Counted from the stretch's first letter, positions 1 to 11,264 are shown. The stretch: 64,000 bases of DNA from Myxococcota bacterium (GCA_965223415.1 OZ245002.1:2560001-2624000), one strand, 5' to 3'. Numbers and translations: made by a program. The notes: a model not told the origin generated them from the sequence alone.

Positions 1-672
1 CTCTCGCCCTGCGTCGTCGACCACGACGGCCTGGTAGCCCTGGGTCAGCCCGTTGTACTGGGCGCTGGAATCACCCCGCAAGATCTCGGTAGGTGTGGTG
101 ACCACGACGCGATTCGGCTGCCAGACGCGCACAGGCGCATCGTGCTGGAGCGAGTTGTGCGGTCCAATGATCCGGACCGTTCGGCCTCGCTGTTCCCCGA
201 GCCGGCCCCTGAGCACGACGTCTTCGCTCAGCGCCCACCCAACCTGATCGACATGCTGAAACGCGGCGTGGATCCTCGGCGCCGCCATGGCGGAAAGGCC
301 GATCCCGTCGGGCAGCTCGATGTGGTACAGGCGTTGGCAGCGCTTCAGGCGTCTCGCGGAGAGGCTCTGCTCGCCGCTTCGAAACGACTGCAGCCGCCCC
401 ACGCGCGCCACCAGCTCGCGACACGCCGCCATGATTCCCTTCTGTCCAGCCGCCTTTCCGTCACCGGTGCACAGGTCTTGGTCGCAGGACCATTGAACCG
501 CGCCCGCCTGGAATTGCGTCGAGCTCGACACGGGAGTCTCGAGTTGGGCGACGAAGCGATCGAGTTTGCTGCTCGTCTCGTCGCCGCGCGCCGGCTCGGA
601 GGTCGCTAGGAACGCCCCTCCGAGCAATGCCGCCGCCGCGCAGAAGGATCGCGCCACTGCGGGATTGATCAC
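1..672 (-). CDS. Secreted protein, truncated by the window edge; N-terminal Cys-containing domain resembling the CC_3452 family
   Basis: Not in the ORF track. Manual translation from GTG 672 gives VINPAVARSFCAAAALLGGAFLA (signal-like), then AGAVQWSCDQDLCTG...ACRELVARVGRLQSF...LKRCQ. The frame is open to base 1. Confidence 0.6.
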   Translation of the reverse strand, partial: MINPAVARSFCAAAALLGGAFLATSEPARGDETSSKLDRFVAQLETPVSSSTQFQAGAVQWSCDQDLCTGDGKAAGQKGIMAACRELVARVGRLQSFRSGEQSLSARRLKRCQRLYHIELPDGIGLSAMAAPRIHAAFQHVDQVGWALSEDVVLRGRLGEQRGRTVRIIGPHNSLQHDAPVRVWQPNRVVVTTPTEILRGDSSAQYNGLTQGYQAVVVDDAGRE

Positions 673-696
673 CACCTGGAGGCTTCCTCTGCCGAG

Positions 697-1233
697 TCAT
701 GGAGCCGCGCGGACCTCGAGCCCGTAGAAGATCCAACTCGCCGTCGACGACAGGATCGTTACCCGCCAGCCTGCATTTCCTTCGGAGGGAACGGGAACCA
801 CGATCCTGTGGCGACCGGACGAGAGTTCTGTGCTCTGGCGCGTACCGTCAACGGACCAAACCCACGTTCCCTTCCCGAAGGACTCTACGTCGAACGTGAC
901 CAAATGCACGTCGCCGGGCTCGCGGGTCAATGACCGCACTTCGATGTAAGAACCGTAGCCGCCGCCGCCCTTCGCGACCCCTTCTCCAGCGTCGACGTGC
1001 ATCTGCTCGAACTTGAGATAGCCCTTGTTGACCACGTAGGGCCGACGTACCGAGAGGCTCACCCGGTCCTTGATCCCGACCTTGAGGGTGCTCTTGACGC
1101 CGGTCACCGCCCGAACAGGTGCGGGTTTTTCGGCACGCTCCGCCTTCTGGCCTTTCTCGGCCCACACCGCCGGAGCGAAAGCCAAGACGACCCCGAGCGC
1201 AGCCATCCGAAGGAGCAAGACACGAGTTCGCAT
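697..1233 (-). CDS. Secreted hypothetical protein
   Basis: Likely start MRTRVLLLRMAALGVVLAFAPAVWA (signal peptide) inside ORF 697..1659; beta-rich mature region. Confidence 0.6.
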   Translation of the reverse strand: MRTRVLLLRMAALGVVLAFAPAVWAEKGQKAERAEKPAPVRAVTGVKSTLKVGIKDRVSLSVRRPYVVNKGYLKFEQMHVDAGEGVAKGGGGYGSYIEVRSLTREPGDVHLVTFDVESFGKGTWVWSVDGTRQSTELSSGRHRIVVPVPSEGNAGWRVTILSSTASWIFYGLEVRAAP

Positions 1234-1429
1234 CGAAGGTCTCCTGTGGCCCTCCCTTGGCCCGCTCCAAGCAGGCAGACCGGCCAGCGCAGACGGTCGC
1301 GGTCGAGTTCGGCCTTGTCGTTTCATGATCATGTCGGCTTCAACCATCCGACCTACTCGGGCGTTTCCCCTCGCGCTGTGTGGGAGTGGTGCAACCTGGA
1401 CCTGCGCAGCCCCCCAGCAAACACGGCGG

Positions 1430-2260
1430 TCATAGATCAGGCTGGGATGAGAAGACGGGCGTCGCGCCATCCGGACGCCTCTTGACGATCGGGCGGCAAG
1501 TGCAGTTCGGCGGAGTTCCGGTGGCCCAAAGACCGTCCTCGCAACGCAGGAGGTTGTCGCAGCTGCGCTCGGGCACATAGTCAGGAGGATCGGCTGCCGA
1601 TCTGGCCTGCACCATTGCCTTCGCAAAGCCCTCAAGTCGGACGAATTGGTAGTCCCCATGTCTCACGTCGCCAGAACGGCCCGCCCAGCTTTCTTGCGCG
1701 GTAGTAAAGTAGTCACCGCGCTCTGGGCTGAACCAGGTGTAGAGCGGGGTGAGTCCTTCATCCTTGTGTTCTGTGGGCTCGACCTCGTAAACATAGCCTT
1801 CGAGTCGAAACTCCTTGTAGCCGGCGTTCGGCCACTGTTTGCCACCCGTCGGGTAGAGCCCCACGACCGGCTTCCTCAGCGAGCGAAGCGCGTTGTCTTC
1901 AGATCTCGAGTTCCACCAAGAGGTTAGGGGGACGGTTCCTGCTGGCTGGGGCTGGTCCGCCGAGAAGACGAGGGCGTCGATGCCAACGTACCGATAGTCA
2001 GGTGGTCGCACTGCGCTACTCGACCCTTCCCATCGCGGATCCGTCGTGAGGAAGTTGTCGCCGCGTGACTCGCTGTACCAGTGGTAGAGTGGAGCCATCT
2101 CCGGCACTGGCCTCGGCACTACGATCACTTTGGGATCGGTAGCACGGGCGTCCTGACCCGCGATCACCAGCGCAGAGAGAACGACGGGCACAGCTGCCAG
2201 AGGTCCAAGGTTCTTCAATCTCGTCCCTTTCCAAGTCCGCCGCGTTCCGACCAGACGCAT
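1430..2260 (-). CDS. Secreted protein with DUF5648-like repeats
   Basis: Signal-like N-terminus (probable TTG start at 2218); repeats PLYHWYSESRGDNFLTT / PLTSWWNSRSEDN / PLYTWFSPERGDYFTT with Y-x-x-x-x-x-[DE]G/A motifs; Cys-rich tail. Confidence 0.65.
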   Translation of the reverse strand: MRLVGTRRTWKGTRLKNLGPLAAVPVVLSALVIAGQDARATDPKVIVVPRPVPEMAPLYHWYSESRGDNFLTTDPRWEGSSSAVRPPDYRYVGIDALVFSADQPQPAGTVPLTSWWNSRSEDNALRSLRKPVVGLYPTGGKQWPNAGYKEFRLEGYVYEVEPTEHKDEGLTPLYTWFSPERGDYFTTAQESWAGRSGDVRHGDYQFVRLEGFAKAMVQARSAADPPDYVPERSCDNLLRCEDGLWATGTPPNCTCRPIVKRRPDGATPVFSSQPDL

Positions 2261-2280
2261 CGTGTGAGCAGCAACGTCTC

Positions 2281-2544
2281 CTACTCCAACACGACGATTC
2301 CCTTGCGGATAGGCTGCACGAGGCGACCTCCGGGGACAATGTAGGGTTTGTCCTCTCGCGAAGGGCTGTACCAGTGATAGAGCGCTACTGCGCCACTGGG
2401 GGAAAAGCTGCCAACGGCAGCGTCGTGAAAGGAGTCCCCACCGACGTCCGTGGCAACCTGCGCTCCCGCCCCAGGACCCATGGCGAGCGCCAGTCCGACG
2501 AGTACGATTCCCGCCGAGACGGATCTTGATTCAAGCGGCATCAT
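2281..2544 (-). CDS. Short secreted protein with one partial DUF5648-like repeat (possibly a truncated paralog)
   Basis: GGAGGG RBS before MMPLES; signal peptide; ALYHWYSPSRED resembles the repeat of the downstream gene. Confidence 0.45.
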   Translation of the reverse strand: MMPLESRSVSAGIVLVGLALAMGPGAGAQVATDVGGDSFHDAAVGSFSPSGAVALYHWYSPSREDKPYIVPGGRLVQPIRKGIVVLE

Positions 2545-2626
2545 TCCCTCCGGTGGTGGGAACCAGCGTTCACCCTTCGCCGTCCGTGGGGCCCGGGGAG
2601 CCAACCAGCGGGTGGTCCTACGGAGG

Positions 2627-3067
2627 TCAGAAAGGCCCCCTCTTGCCAGATGACGTACCGATCAACTTGCAGCGGAAGCGAGGCTTGCTCCCTCGGCCCT
2701 CTGCTCCACACGAGTAGCCCTTCGGGGCCCTTCGCATGATGCTGCTCAAAGACCGCGGTTGCCCATAGGCGCATACCAAGGTGGGTTGCCCGCCCATTTC
2801 CTGGACGCTGCTCTTGTGGAATCCCCAGACCTGAGGTGTGTTCCACCACGGTTCTGGTAGCTCCGACGAAACCTGCCAGCGGACAGTGTCTACAGGGCAT
2901 TCGACTGTGAGGCTGCCCGCGCGCTTCCTGTCATCGGCTCCGGAGTAGGTCGCCGACCCCGTTAGGAGCGCGACGATCACGATGGCACCTCGGGGCAGAA
3001 GATCGGAGCGCAAAGAGGTACTCCGTGTGACATGCAGTGAGCCAGATAGAACCAGGCCGAGCAGCAT
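2627..3067 (-). CDS. Small secreted Cys-containing hypothetical protein
   Basis: Hydrophobic N-terminus; CPVD...LPEPWWNTPQ...TLVCAY...YSC...FRC; start uncertain. Confidence 0.55.
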   Translation of the reverse strand: MLLGLVLSGSLHVTRSTSLRSDLLPRGAIVIVALLTGSATYSGADDRKRAGSLTVECPVDTVRWQVSSELPEPWWNTPQVWGFHKSSVQEMGGQPTLVCAYGQPRSLSSIMRRAPKGYSCGAEGRGSKPRFRCKLIGTSSGKRGPF

Positions 3068-3334
3068 AACTGCAGCTCGGCGGCGAATACCTTACGGTTT
3101 GCTGATCTTCCACGAATGCCGCGATCCCCGTGGGTAGCGGCTCGCCGCCTCGGAGCACGGGCCGGTGGCCTCCTCGGTGCGCGGGCCGGTTCCTGGGTGT
3201 CCCCCAAGGCCGGCAAGAATGCCTAGACCCCAATAGAAGCGACCGGACGGTCTTCATGGGGACGCACGTCGCCATGGTTCCTGCTTGATTCCGCACTCGC
3301 GCGCTATTGTGGCTCGGCGCGGGAGAGGCAGCCG

Positions 3335-3868
3335 ATGCAGCAAGGCCGAACGATCTCGAGTCCGGAGACCGGCGAGGAGATGACATTCCTCCACACGGCG
3401 GAGTCTACGCAGGGGGAGATGCTCCAGATTCGGTACCGACTCCGTCCGGGCGGGGGACCAGCGGGACCTCACTGTCATCCGAACCAGGAGATGCACATCC
3501 GCGTCCGGGAAGGCGAGCTCACATGTCAGGTGGGCGAGCACAGCGTCGTGCTGGCCGCTGGGCAGGAGGCGACGGTTCCCGCGGGAACGATCCACAAGCA
3601 GGAGAACCTCTCCGGCCTGCCAGCCGAGGTCGTCGAGACGTATCGGCCCGCCCTCGAGATGGAGGACGTCTTCGAGGGCTATTACGCGTTGATCCTCGCC
3701 GGTCGGCACAACGGCGCGGGCCGCACCGACCTTCTGCCGTCTGCCGTCCTCTTTCGGGATCACCGAAAGAGCATGCGACTGGCCTCTCCGCTCCTTCGCG
3801 CCGTGATGGCAGCGGTCGCGCCGCTCGGACGACTCCTCGGACACCGCCGACTCCTCCGAATCGGCTGA
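3335..3868 (+). CDS. Cupin domain protein
   Basis: PHCHPNQE...VREG...AGQEATVPAGTIH cupin motifs. Confidence 0.8.
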   Translation: MQQGRTISSPETGEEMTFLHTAESTQGEMLQIRYRLRPGGGPAGPHCHPNQEMHIRVREGELTCQVGEHSVVLAAGQEATVPAGTIHKQENLSGLPAEVVETYRPALEMEDVFEGYYALILAGRHNGAGRTDLLPSAVLFRDHRKSMRLASPLLRAVMAAVAPLGRLLGHRRLLRIG

Positions 3869-3894
3869 GGCGGCTGCTCACGGACGGCATCGAA

Positions 3895-4677
3895 GTGGAT
3901 CCGGACGTCGCCGCGATCGAGCGGGCGGCCTACGAGGCATGGCCGGCCGCGGAAGTCGCGGAGCTCGGGGGATGGCGGCTGCGCTTCAACCACGGGGTGA
4001 CGAACCGCGGGAACTCGGTCTGGCCCGGTCCGGGCTCGGGGTCGGAGGCCGCCAGCGGAGAAGACGTCGCCTCGCGCATCGCCACCGCAGAGGCGTTCTA
4101 CGCAGAGCGCGGGCGGCGGGCGATCTTCCAGCTCGTTCCGGTTGCCGCGCCCGCCAGCCTCGACGGCGCCCTCGCGGCCCGGGGCTACGAGGCGTTCTCC
4201 CCGGTGCACGTGCAGACGGCGGAGGCGGCGGCGATCGCGGCGTTGCCGGCGCCGCCGGGCCTGGAGCTCGGCTGCGACGACGCGCCGTCGGAGGCGTGGC
4301 TCGATCTCGCGACCCGGCGGGGCCGCTACACCGGCGTGAGCGCCGGCGTCTTCCTCGCCATGCTGGGGCGCCTCGCGGGTCGGGCCGGCTTCGCCTGGGC
4401 CGCCGGCGAGCAGAGCCTGGCCGCGACCGGCCTCGTGGTCGCTGCGCCCCCCTGGGCCGGCATCTTCGCCATGCGGACGCTCGAGGCCTCTCGCGGCCGG
4501 GGCCTCGGCCGTGCCGTGCTTCGTGCGCTGGCCGGCTGGGCGGTGGGACGCGGCTCGCGCCGGCTCTATCTCCAGGTCGAGCAGGACAACCCCGCCGCTC
4601 TCGGCCTGTACGAGCGCGCGGGCTTCGAGACGCGCTACGACTACCACTACCGCAGGCCCGCAGGAGGATCCGCATGA
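3895..4677 (+). CDS. GNAT family N-acetyltransferase
   Basis: IERAAYEAWPA...GWRLR...TNRGNS; RGRGLG acetyl-CoA motif; LYLQVEQDN..ALGLYERAGF; GTG start inferred. Confidence 0.85.
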   Translation: MDPDVAAIERAAYEAWPAAEVAELGGWRLRFNHGVTNRGNSVWPGPGSGSEAASGEDVASRIATAEAFYAERGRRAIFQLVPVAAPASLDGALAARGYEAFSPVHVQTAEAAAIAALPAPPGLELGCDDAPSEAWLDLATRRGRYTGVSAGVFLAMLGRLAGRAGFAWAAGEQSLAATGLVVAAPPWAGIFAMRTLEASRGRGLGRAVLRALAGWAVGRGSRRLYLQVEQDNPAALGLYERAGFETRYDYHYRRPAGGSA

Positions 4678-5186
4678 GCATCGAGCAGGAATCGACCGCC
4701 ACCTACGAGCGCTTCGTGGCGCTGCGCGACGAGATCGACCTCGGCAAGGCGAGCTGGTCGCAGCTCGCGGACTTCTTCACCGAGGACGCCGCCTACATCG
4801 ACCCGGCCTGGGGCCGCATCGAAGGCCGCGAGAACATCCGCGCCTTCTTCGAACGCTCGATGGCCGGGCTCACCGGCTACGGCTGGTCGACCCCCGAGAA
4901 CTGGACGATGGCCGGTGGCCATCGCCTGGTGAGCCAGTGGGACCAGGTGCTCGGCGAGAAGCCGGACGGCACGCCGTGGATGGTCCCCGGCCTCTCCATC
5001 CTCTACTACGCCGGCGACGGGCTCTTCTGCTACAGCCACGACCTGCTGAACATGACCCACATCGGCGAGACCCTGAAGGCCATGGAGTGGAAGCCGCCGG
5101 CGGAGTTCAACATGCCGCCGCGAGAGATCAGCCGAGACGTCTCCCTACCGAAGGCGTGGGCGCACCTGGAACCGAGCCGGGGCTGA
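4674..5186 (+). CDS. NTF2/SnoaL-like protein
   Basis: LADFFTEDAAYIDPAWGRIEGRENIRAF; ATGA overlap with the GNAT gene. Confidence 0.8.
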   Translation: MSIEQESTATYERFVALRDEIDLGKASWSQLADFFTEDAAYIDPAWGRIEGRENIRAFFERSMAGLTGYGWSTPENWTMAGGHRLVSQWDQVLGEKPDGTPWMVPGLSILYYAGDGLFCYSHDLLNMTHIGETLKAMEWKPPAEFNMPPREISRDVSLPKAWAHLEPSRG

Positions 5187-5204
5187 ACCTCCCCCCTGTT
5201 GCGT

Positions 5205-6251
5205 CTACAGGCCGTAGGCTTCGGCCATCTCCGGGTCGCGCTCGGCGATGAGCTTTGCGAGCTCGACCATCACCTTGCACTGCTTGACGGTGGCGTCGTC
5301 CTGCATCTTGCCGTCGATCATGACGGTGCCGGAGCCGTCGCCCATCTCGTCGATGACCTTCTTGGCCCAGGCGACCTCGTCCGGCGGCGGGCTGAAGACG
5401 CGGCGGGCGATCTCGATCTGGTTCGGGTGCAGTGACCAGGCGCCGACGCAGCCCATGAGGAAGGCGTTGCGGAACTGGTCCTCGCAGGCGACCGCGTCGG
5501 CGATGTCGCCGAAGGGCCCGTAGAAGGGCAGGATGCCGGTGGCAGCGCAGGCGTCGACCATGCGCGCCATGGTGTAGTGCCACAGATCCTGCTGGGCCAC
5601 GGCGCGGGGCGCGTTCTCGTCCTCCTTGGGATCCTCCCGCACCAGGTAGCCCGGGTGACCACCGCCGACCCGCGTCGTCTTCATGCGGCGGCTGGCCGCG
5701 AGATCCGCCGGGCCGAGGCTCATGCCCTGCATGCGCGGACTGGCCAGGGCGATCTCCTCCACGTTGGCCACGCCGAGGGCGGTCTCGAGGATCGCGTGCA
5801 CGAGGATCGGCCGCTCGAGGCCGTGCTTGGCCTCGAGCTGGGCCAGGAGCTGGTCCACGTAGTGGATGTCCCAGGGGCCCTCGACCTTCGGGATCATCAC
5901 GACGTCGAGCTTGTCGCCGGCCTCGGCCAGGATGCGTAGCATGTCGTCCAGGAACCAGGGGCTGTCGAGGCTGTTCACGCGGGCCCAGAACTGGGTGGCG
6001 CCGAACTCCGTGTCCCGGGCGATCTTGCAAAGGCCCTCCCGCGCGGCCTCCTTGTTCTGCACCTCGATCGCGTCCTCGAGGTTCGCCAGGATGATGTCCA
6101 CCTTCTTGGCGATGTCGGGGACCTTCACCGCCATGCGCGGATTCGAGGGGTCGAAGAAGTGGATCATCCGCGAGGGGCGAACCGGGATGTCCACCGTGGG
6201 CGCCGGGGCGCCGATCGCGAGGGGCTTGCCGATGTTTCGGGGGTTTCGCAT
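5205..6251 (-). CDS. mcl: Malyl-CoA/beta-methylmalyl-CoA lyase (CitE/HpcH superfamily, Chloroflexus Mcl type)
   Basis: [66 protein letters not shown]. Confidence 0.8.
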   Translation of the reverse strand: MRNPRNIGKPLAIGAPAPTVDIPVRPSRMIHFFDPSNPRMAVKVPDIAKKVDIILANLEDAIEVQNKEAAREGLCKIARDTEFGATQFWARVNSLDSPWFLDDMLRILAEAGDKLDVVMIPKVEGPWDIHYVDQLLAQLEAKHGLERPILVHAILETALGVANVEEIALASPRMQGMSLGPADLAASRRMKTTRVGGGHPGYLVREDPKEDENAPRAVAQQDLWHYTMARMVDACAATGILPFYGPFGDIADAVACEDQFRNAFLMGCVGAWSLHPNQIEIARRVFSPPPDEVAWAKKVIDEMGDGSGTVMIDGKMQDDATVKQCKVMVELAKLIAERDPEMAEAYGL

Positions 6252-6307
6252 GGCGGGCGATTCTAGTCCTTTCGGGGAGAGGGCTCTAGCGGCTTCCGTC
6301 GGGGGCT

Positions 6308-9300
6308 CTAGCCGCTCACCGTCGCCGCCGCGACCGGCTTGCGCCGGAGCCGTGAGCGCAGCCAGCCGATGACGTCGTCGAGCACCAGGTAGAAGACCGG
6401 CACGATCAGCAGGGTGAGGGCCGTCGACGAGATCATGCCGGCTCCCGTCGCCACGGCCATCGGCGCCCGGCTCTCGGAGCCCGGACCAAGGCCCAGGGCC
6501 GCCGGCGCGACGCCGAAGATCATCGAGAGCGCCGTCATCAGCACCGGCCGCATGCGCACCGGCGCGGCGGTGGTCATGGCGGTGACCTTGTCCATCCCCC
6601 TGGCGCGGAGCTGGTTGGCGTAGTCCACCAGCAGGATCGAGTTCTTCGTGGCCAAGCCGAACAGCAGGATGATGCCGATCATCGAGAAGATGTTGAGCGT
6701 CATCCCCCGGAGGAAGAGCCCGCCGTAGGCGCCGACCATGGCCAAGGGCAGCGCGAGCATCACCGTGAGCGGGTGCACGAGGCTCTCGAACTGGGCGGCC
6801 AGGATCATGTAGATCACGAGGATGGCCAGCACCATCGCGAAGCCCAGCTCACGGAAGGAGGAGAGGAACTCCTCGGAGCCGCCCGCGGCCACGAGCTTCA
6901 CCTCCTCGGGGAGGAGGCCGGCGGCGATCTCCTGGGCTTCCGCCAGGGCAGCGCCCAGATCCTTGCCTTCGAGATTCGCCGAGACCTCGACGCTGCGCTG
7001 TCGATCGGTCCGGGTGATGGTGGAAGGCGCCGCGCTCTTCTCGATCCGCACCAGGTTGCGGAGCTCGACGACATCGCCACCGCGGGTGCGCACGTAGAGG
7101 CCGAGGATCGAGCGCGGATCCGCACGGTCCTCTTGCTCGAGCCGCATGCGGATGTCGTAGCGGTTGCCCGCCTCCTTGAAGGTGCCGACCCGCAGACCGC
7201 CGATCATCGCCTGGACGGTGGAGGCGAGCTGGTCCGCGTCCACGCCGAGCGCCGCGGCCTTCTCGCGGTCCGGAATCACCCGAAGCTCCGGGCTTCCCAT
7301 CTTGAGGCTCTTGTTCAGGTCGACATAGCCGCCCCGACCGTCGAGCTCCGCGATCATGCGGTCGGCCAGTCCATCGAGGATGTCGAGCTCCACGTTGCCC
7401 TGGAGCAGGAACTCCATGTCGCCGGAGTCAGAGCTGTGGCCGAAGCCGGACATGTCGCTCGCCCGGATCCGCACCCCGGGAATGCGGCCGAGCACCTCGC
7501 GCGCCTCGGCGACCAGCTCGTGGGAGCTCCGCTCCCGATCGCCCCGGTTCTTGAGCATCACGAACATGATCCCGCGGGTCGGATCGTTGCCGCTCGAGGA
7601 GCCACCGGAGCCGGCGCCGGCGAACACGCCGGCGACCTCGGGTTGGGCCAGCACCCATTTCTCGGCGCGCTTCACCATCTCGAGCGTACCCTCGGGACTC
7701 GTGCCCGGCGGCGTCTCGATGGAGACGAAGAAGCGCCCCTCGTCCGACGAAGGGAAGAACTCGGCGCCGAGCTGGCCGGCCAGGCCGAAGGCGGCGAGGA
7801 AGGTCAGCCCGGCCACGCCCAGGGTCGCGGCGCGATGGCCAACCGCCCAGTGGAGCACCCGCCGGTAGCCGCGTTCCAGGGCGTCGAGCCAGCGCTCGAA
7901 GGTGTCGTAGATGCCGCCGTGGGAGCGCTCCTTGGGCGCCGGAATCCGCGCGGCGAGCATCGGCGTGAGGGTGAGGGCGACGATCAGGGAGATCATCACC
8001 GCAGCGGCGACGGTGGCGCCGAACTCCGCCAGGAAGTTGCCGACCATGCCCTCGACGAAGATCACCGGCAGGAAGACGACCGCGATCGAAACCGTCGCCG
8101 CCGTCGCGGCGAAGGCGATCTCCCGCGCTCCCCGCGATGCGGCGGCTTTCGGGTCCTCGCCTTCCTCGCGGTGCCGCTCGATGTTCTCCAGCACCACGAT
8201 GGCATCGTCGATCACCACCCCCACGGCGAGGGTCAGCGCCAGGATCGTCATCGTGTTCAGCGTGTAGTCGAACATCCACATCACGCCGAAGGTGGTGACG
8301 AGGGAGAAGGGGATGGCCAGGGCCACGATCAGGGTCGGCCGAAAGCGCCGCAGGAAAACGAAGACCGTCAGCGTCGCGAGGATCGCGCCGAACCACAGGC
8401 TGAAGATCGCCTCTTCGACCGCGTGGCGGATGGAGCGAGAGAAGTCCGCGACGCCGTCCCCCTGCTTGAACCTCATGTCGGCGGGAAGCGTCTCCTGGAT
8501 CTTCCCCAGGCGGTGCAGCACCTCGTCGGCGACCGCCACGGTGTTGCCGTCGGAGGTCTTCACCACGCCGATGCCGACGGCCGTCGAGCCGTCGTAGCGG
8601 GAATAGAAGCGCTGGTCCTCGACGCCGTCCTCCACCCGGGCGACGTCCCGCAACCGCACCGGCGCACCGTCCTCGAAGGCGAGCACCATGTCGGCGAGCT
8701 CCTCCACGGTGCGGTACTCGGCGTCGGTCTTCACCGAGAACTCGATGAGCCCGCCCTCGACCACGCCGCCGGGCCGCTCCACGTGCTCCCGGCGGAGCGC
8801 GCCGATCACGTCGGTGGCGGCGAGCCCCCGCGCGCGCAGGGCCTCCCCGTCCAGCCAGATGCGGATCTCCCGCTCCAGCTCGCCGAAGATCTCGATGCCC
8901 GCCACCCCGGGCACCGTCTCGACCTTGGGCTTCACCTGGTGCTTCACGAACTCGCTGGCCTCGGCCTGGGGCCGGGGACTCATCAGCGGAACCCACATGA
9001 TCGGGAAGCCGCCGAAATCCCGTTTGCTGACGACGGGCGGCTCGAGATCCTCGGGGAGGTCGAAACGCGCGCGCTCGACGCGATCCCGCACGTCCTGGGT
9101 GGCCGCGTCGAGGTCGGTGCCCAGCTCGAACTCGACGCCGATCGTGGTGATGCCCTGGCGGGAACGCGAGGAGAGCTTGCGCACCCCCTCGATCGTGTTC
9201 AGGTGCTCCTCGAGCGGATCGGTGATGTCTTCCTCCACCACCTCGGGGCTCGCCCCCTCCAGGACCGCCGTGACGCCGACGACCGGGAACTCCATGTCCG

Positions 9301-9412
9301 GATACTGGTCCACGCCGAGGCGGACGAAACCGAGCACGCCGAACACGACCAGGGAGAGCGTCACCATCCAGGTGAGGATGGGGCGCTGGATGAAGAGATC
9401 GATCCAGCTCAA
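6308..9412 (-). CDS. RND efflux permease (AcrB/AcrD/AcrF family)
   Basis: TTG start [44 protein letters not shown]; about 1034 aa. Confidence 0.95.
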   Translation of the reverse strand: MSWIDLFIQRPILTWMVTLSLVVFGVLGFVRLGVDQYPDMEFPVVGVTAVLEGASPEVVEEDITDPLEEHLNTIEGVRKLSSRSRQGITTIGVEFELGTDLDAATQDVRDRVERARFDLPEDLEPPVVSKRDFGGFPIMWVPLMSPRPQAEASEFVKHQVKPKVETVPGVAGIEIFGELEREIRIWLDGEALRARGLAATDVIGALRREHVERPGGVVEGGLIEFSVKTDAEYRTVEELADMVLAFEDGAPVRLRDVARVEDGVEDQRFYSRYDGSTAVGIGVVKTSDGNTVAVADEVLHRLGKIQETLPADMRFKQGDGVADFSRSIRHAVEEAIFSLWFGAILATLTVFVFLRRFRPTLIVALAIPFSLVTTFGVMWMFDYTLNTMTILALTLAVGVVIDDAIVVLENIERHREEGEDPKAAASRGAREIAFAATAATVSIAVVFLPVIFVEGMVGNFLAEFGATVAAAVMISLIVALTLTPMLAARIPAPKERSHGGIYDTFERWLDALERGYRRVLHWAVGHRAATLGVAGLTFLAAFGLAGQLGAEFFPSSDEGRFFVSIETPPGTSPEGTLEMVKRAEKWVLAQPEVAGVFAGAGSGGSSSGNDPTRGIMFVMLKNRGDRERSSHELVAEAREVLGRIPGVRIRASDMSGFGHSSDSGDMEFLLQGNVELDILDGLADRMIAELDGRGGYVDLNKSLKMGSPELRVIPDREKAAALGVDADQLASTVQAMIGGLRVGTFKEAGNRYDIRMRLEQEDRADPRSILGLYVRTRGGDVVELRNLVRIEKSAAPSTITRTDRQRSVEVSANLEGKDLGAALAEAQEIAAGLLPEEVKLVAAGGSEEFLSSFRELGFAMVLAILVIYMILAAQFESLVHPLTVMLALPLAMVGAYGGLFLRGMTLNIFSMIGIILLFGLATKNSILLVDYANQLRARGMDKVTAMTTAAPVRMRPVLMTALSMIFGVAPAALGLGPGSESRAPMAVATGAGMISSTALTLLIVPVFYLVLDDVIGWLRSRLRRKPVAAATVSG

Positions 9413-10572
9413 CGGAGGGCCTCGCCGGGGCCGCTGCTGCCGGAAGCCAGGTGCGGCTCGTCGGCGGCCACGTTCAGCTCGCTGCGCTCGTCGCTCCCGT
9501 CCGGATTGCGACGGGAGACGAGCATGCCGTCGTCCAGGGCGGCGTGCCCACGGGTGATCACCTCGTCGTCGGTCGTGAGCCCGGAGAGGATCTCGATGTG
9601 ATCGCCCTGGTGGAGGCCCGTCTCCACCTCCACGCGACGCACGCGGTTCTCGGCGTTCACGGTGTAGACGACCTGCCCGTCGGCGCGGAGCAGGACCGCC
9701 TCCTCCGGCACGATCAGCGCGCCCGGCCGCTTCGCGACGCCGAGGTCCGCCCTGGCGAAGAGCCCGGGCCGCAGGCGGCCGTCGGCGTTGGCGATGCGGG
9801 CCTTCACGCGGAGCGTCCGGGTGCGGCTGTCGACGCGAGGCGAGACGACGGAGACCCGCCCCGTGAACACGTCCTCCGGGTAGGGAGCCACCCGAACCGC
9901 GACCTCGAGGCCGACCGAGACCCGGGCCGTATCCCGCTCGGCGACGGCGAACTCCACCTCGATGGGGTCGAGGGAGACCAGATCGAAGAGCGGCTGCCCC
10001 ACCTGCACGTACTCGCCGCGGGAAACCTCGCGGGAGGCGACGAGCCCCGCGAACGGCGCCCGCACCTGGCTGTCCTCCACTGCGCGGGCCGCCACGCCGA
10101 CCCGGGCCTCGGCCCCCTGCAGGCGCGAGCGGGCCAACGCGAGCGCGGTGTCCGCCCGGTCGAGATCCTGGTTCGATGCGATGTCCCGCTCGTGCAGCTG
10201 CTGGACCCGGGCGCGCTCCCGTTGCTGCTCCTCCAGGTTGGCTCGGGCCTCGGTGAGCCGCGCACGGGCATCGGCCAGCTCGAGCTCCCGCTTCTGCGGG
10301 TCGATCGAGAGCAGCAGGCCGCCCTCCTCCACCGGATCGCCCTCGTCGACCACCAGCTCGGTGATGCGTCCCGGCACCTCGGAGGCGATCGTCGCCGCGT
10401 CCCGCGCGCGCAGCTCGCCGGTGGCCTCGATGCGTTCTTCGAGGGTCACCGCTTCCACGGGACCCACTACGACCGGGCGCGCGAACTCCGTCGGCGCCTC
10501 GGACGCCTCGTTGCAGGCGAGCAGCGCCGCAGCGGCGATCGCCACGGGGATCGCCGTCCATTCAATTCGCAT
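9409..10572 (-). CDS. RND efflux membrane fusion (periplasmic adaptor) lipoprotein
   Basis: Lipobox LLAC; VRAPFAGLV; LRPGLFAR; coiled-coil hairpin. Confidence 0.9.
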   Translation of the reverse strand: MRIEWTAIPVAIAAAALLACNEASEAPTEFARPVVVGPVEAVTLEERIEATGELRARDAATIASEVPGRITELVVDEGDPVEEGGLLLSIDPQKRELELADARARLTEARANLEEQQRERARVQQLHERDIASNQDLDRADTALALARSRLQGAEARVGVAARAVEDSQVRAPFAGLVASREVSRGEYVQVGQPLFDLVSLDPIEVEFAVAERDTARVSVGLEVAVRVAPYPEDVFTGRVSVVSPRVDSRTRTLRVKARIANADGRLRPGLFARADLGVAKRPGALIVPEEAVLLRADGQVVYTVNAENRVRRVEVETGLHQGDHIEILSGLTTDDEVITRGHAALDDGMLVSRRNPDGSDERSELNVAADEPHLASGSSGPGEALR

Positions 10573-11218
10573 CGTCCATCCTCTTCTTTTTCGGCTTCGG
10601 CCGGCGCCGGGGCGGCATCGTGGGAGCGGGCTCGACGAGGCCGCGCAGCAGGGCCTCGATCGCGTCGTCGGTGAGGGTCTTGGACCAGGGCCGATCGGGC
10701 CGCTGGATGCGACCCGAGATCAGGCCATGGCAGAGCGCCCAGAGGGACTGGGCGGCGCTCTCCGCGTCGCCGCTGCGGAGTCGTCCCTCCTCCCACAGCC
10801 GCTGCCAGATGTCGTCGAGGCGGGCGCGCACACCGTCGAGGCGCGCCGGCGGCTCGCGCTCCGGAGCACGCGCCAGGAACAGGAGGCGGTAGTGGTCCGG
10901 GTGGCGGATTCCGAAGCGCACGAAGGCCTTGGCCATGCGCGTCAGGTCCTCGATCGGGTCCTCACCGCGAGCGGCGCGCCCGAGCTGACCGGAGAGGCGC
11001 GCGAAGGTCTCGACGAGGATGGCGTCGAAGAGGCCGTCCTTGTCGCCGAAGTGGTGGTAGATCGTCGGCGCGGTGTAGCCACAGCGGTCCACCAGGCGGC
11101 GGATGGAGAACGCCTCGTAGCCCTCCTCGAGGAGGAGGGCTTCGGCGGCGCGGAGGATCACGCGACGCGCCTCGCCACGGCGCTCGCGCCGGCGCTCCTG
11201 CTGGGGCTCGGCACTCAT
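10562..11218 (-). CDS. TetR/AcrR family transcriptional regulator
   Basis: ILRAAEALLLEEGYEAFSIRRL...APTIYHHFGDKDGL helix-turn-helix. Confidence 0.9.
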   Translation of the reverse strand: MSAEPQQERRRERRGEARRVILRAAEALLLEEGYEAFSIRRLVDRCGYTAPTIYHHFGDKDGLFDAILVETFARLSGQLGRAARGEDPIEDLTRMAKAFVRFGIRHPDHYRLLFLARAPEREPPARLDGVRARLDDIWQRLWEEGRLRSGDAESAAQSLWALCHGLISGRIQRPDRPWSKTLTDDAIEALLRGLVEPAPTMPPRRRPKPKKKRMDDAN

Positions 11219-11264
11219 GGAGGAGGAAAGGGGTTCGGTCCGTGGGCGCGGAGGAACGGGTTGG

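Noticed and set aside
6308..10561. Apparent 1417-aa RND protein
   Set aside because: The N-terminal extension overlaps the adaptor gene in another frame; the real start is probably TTG 9412
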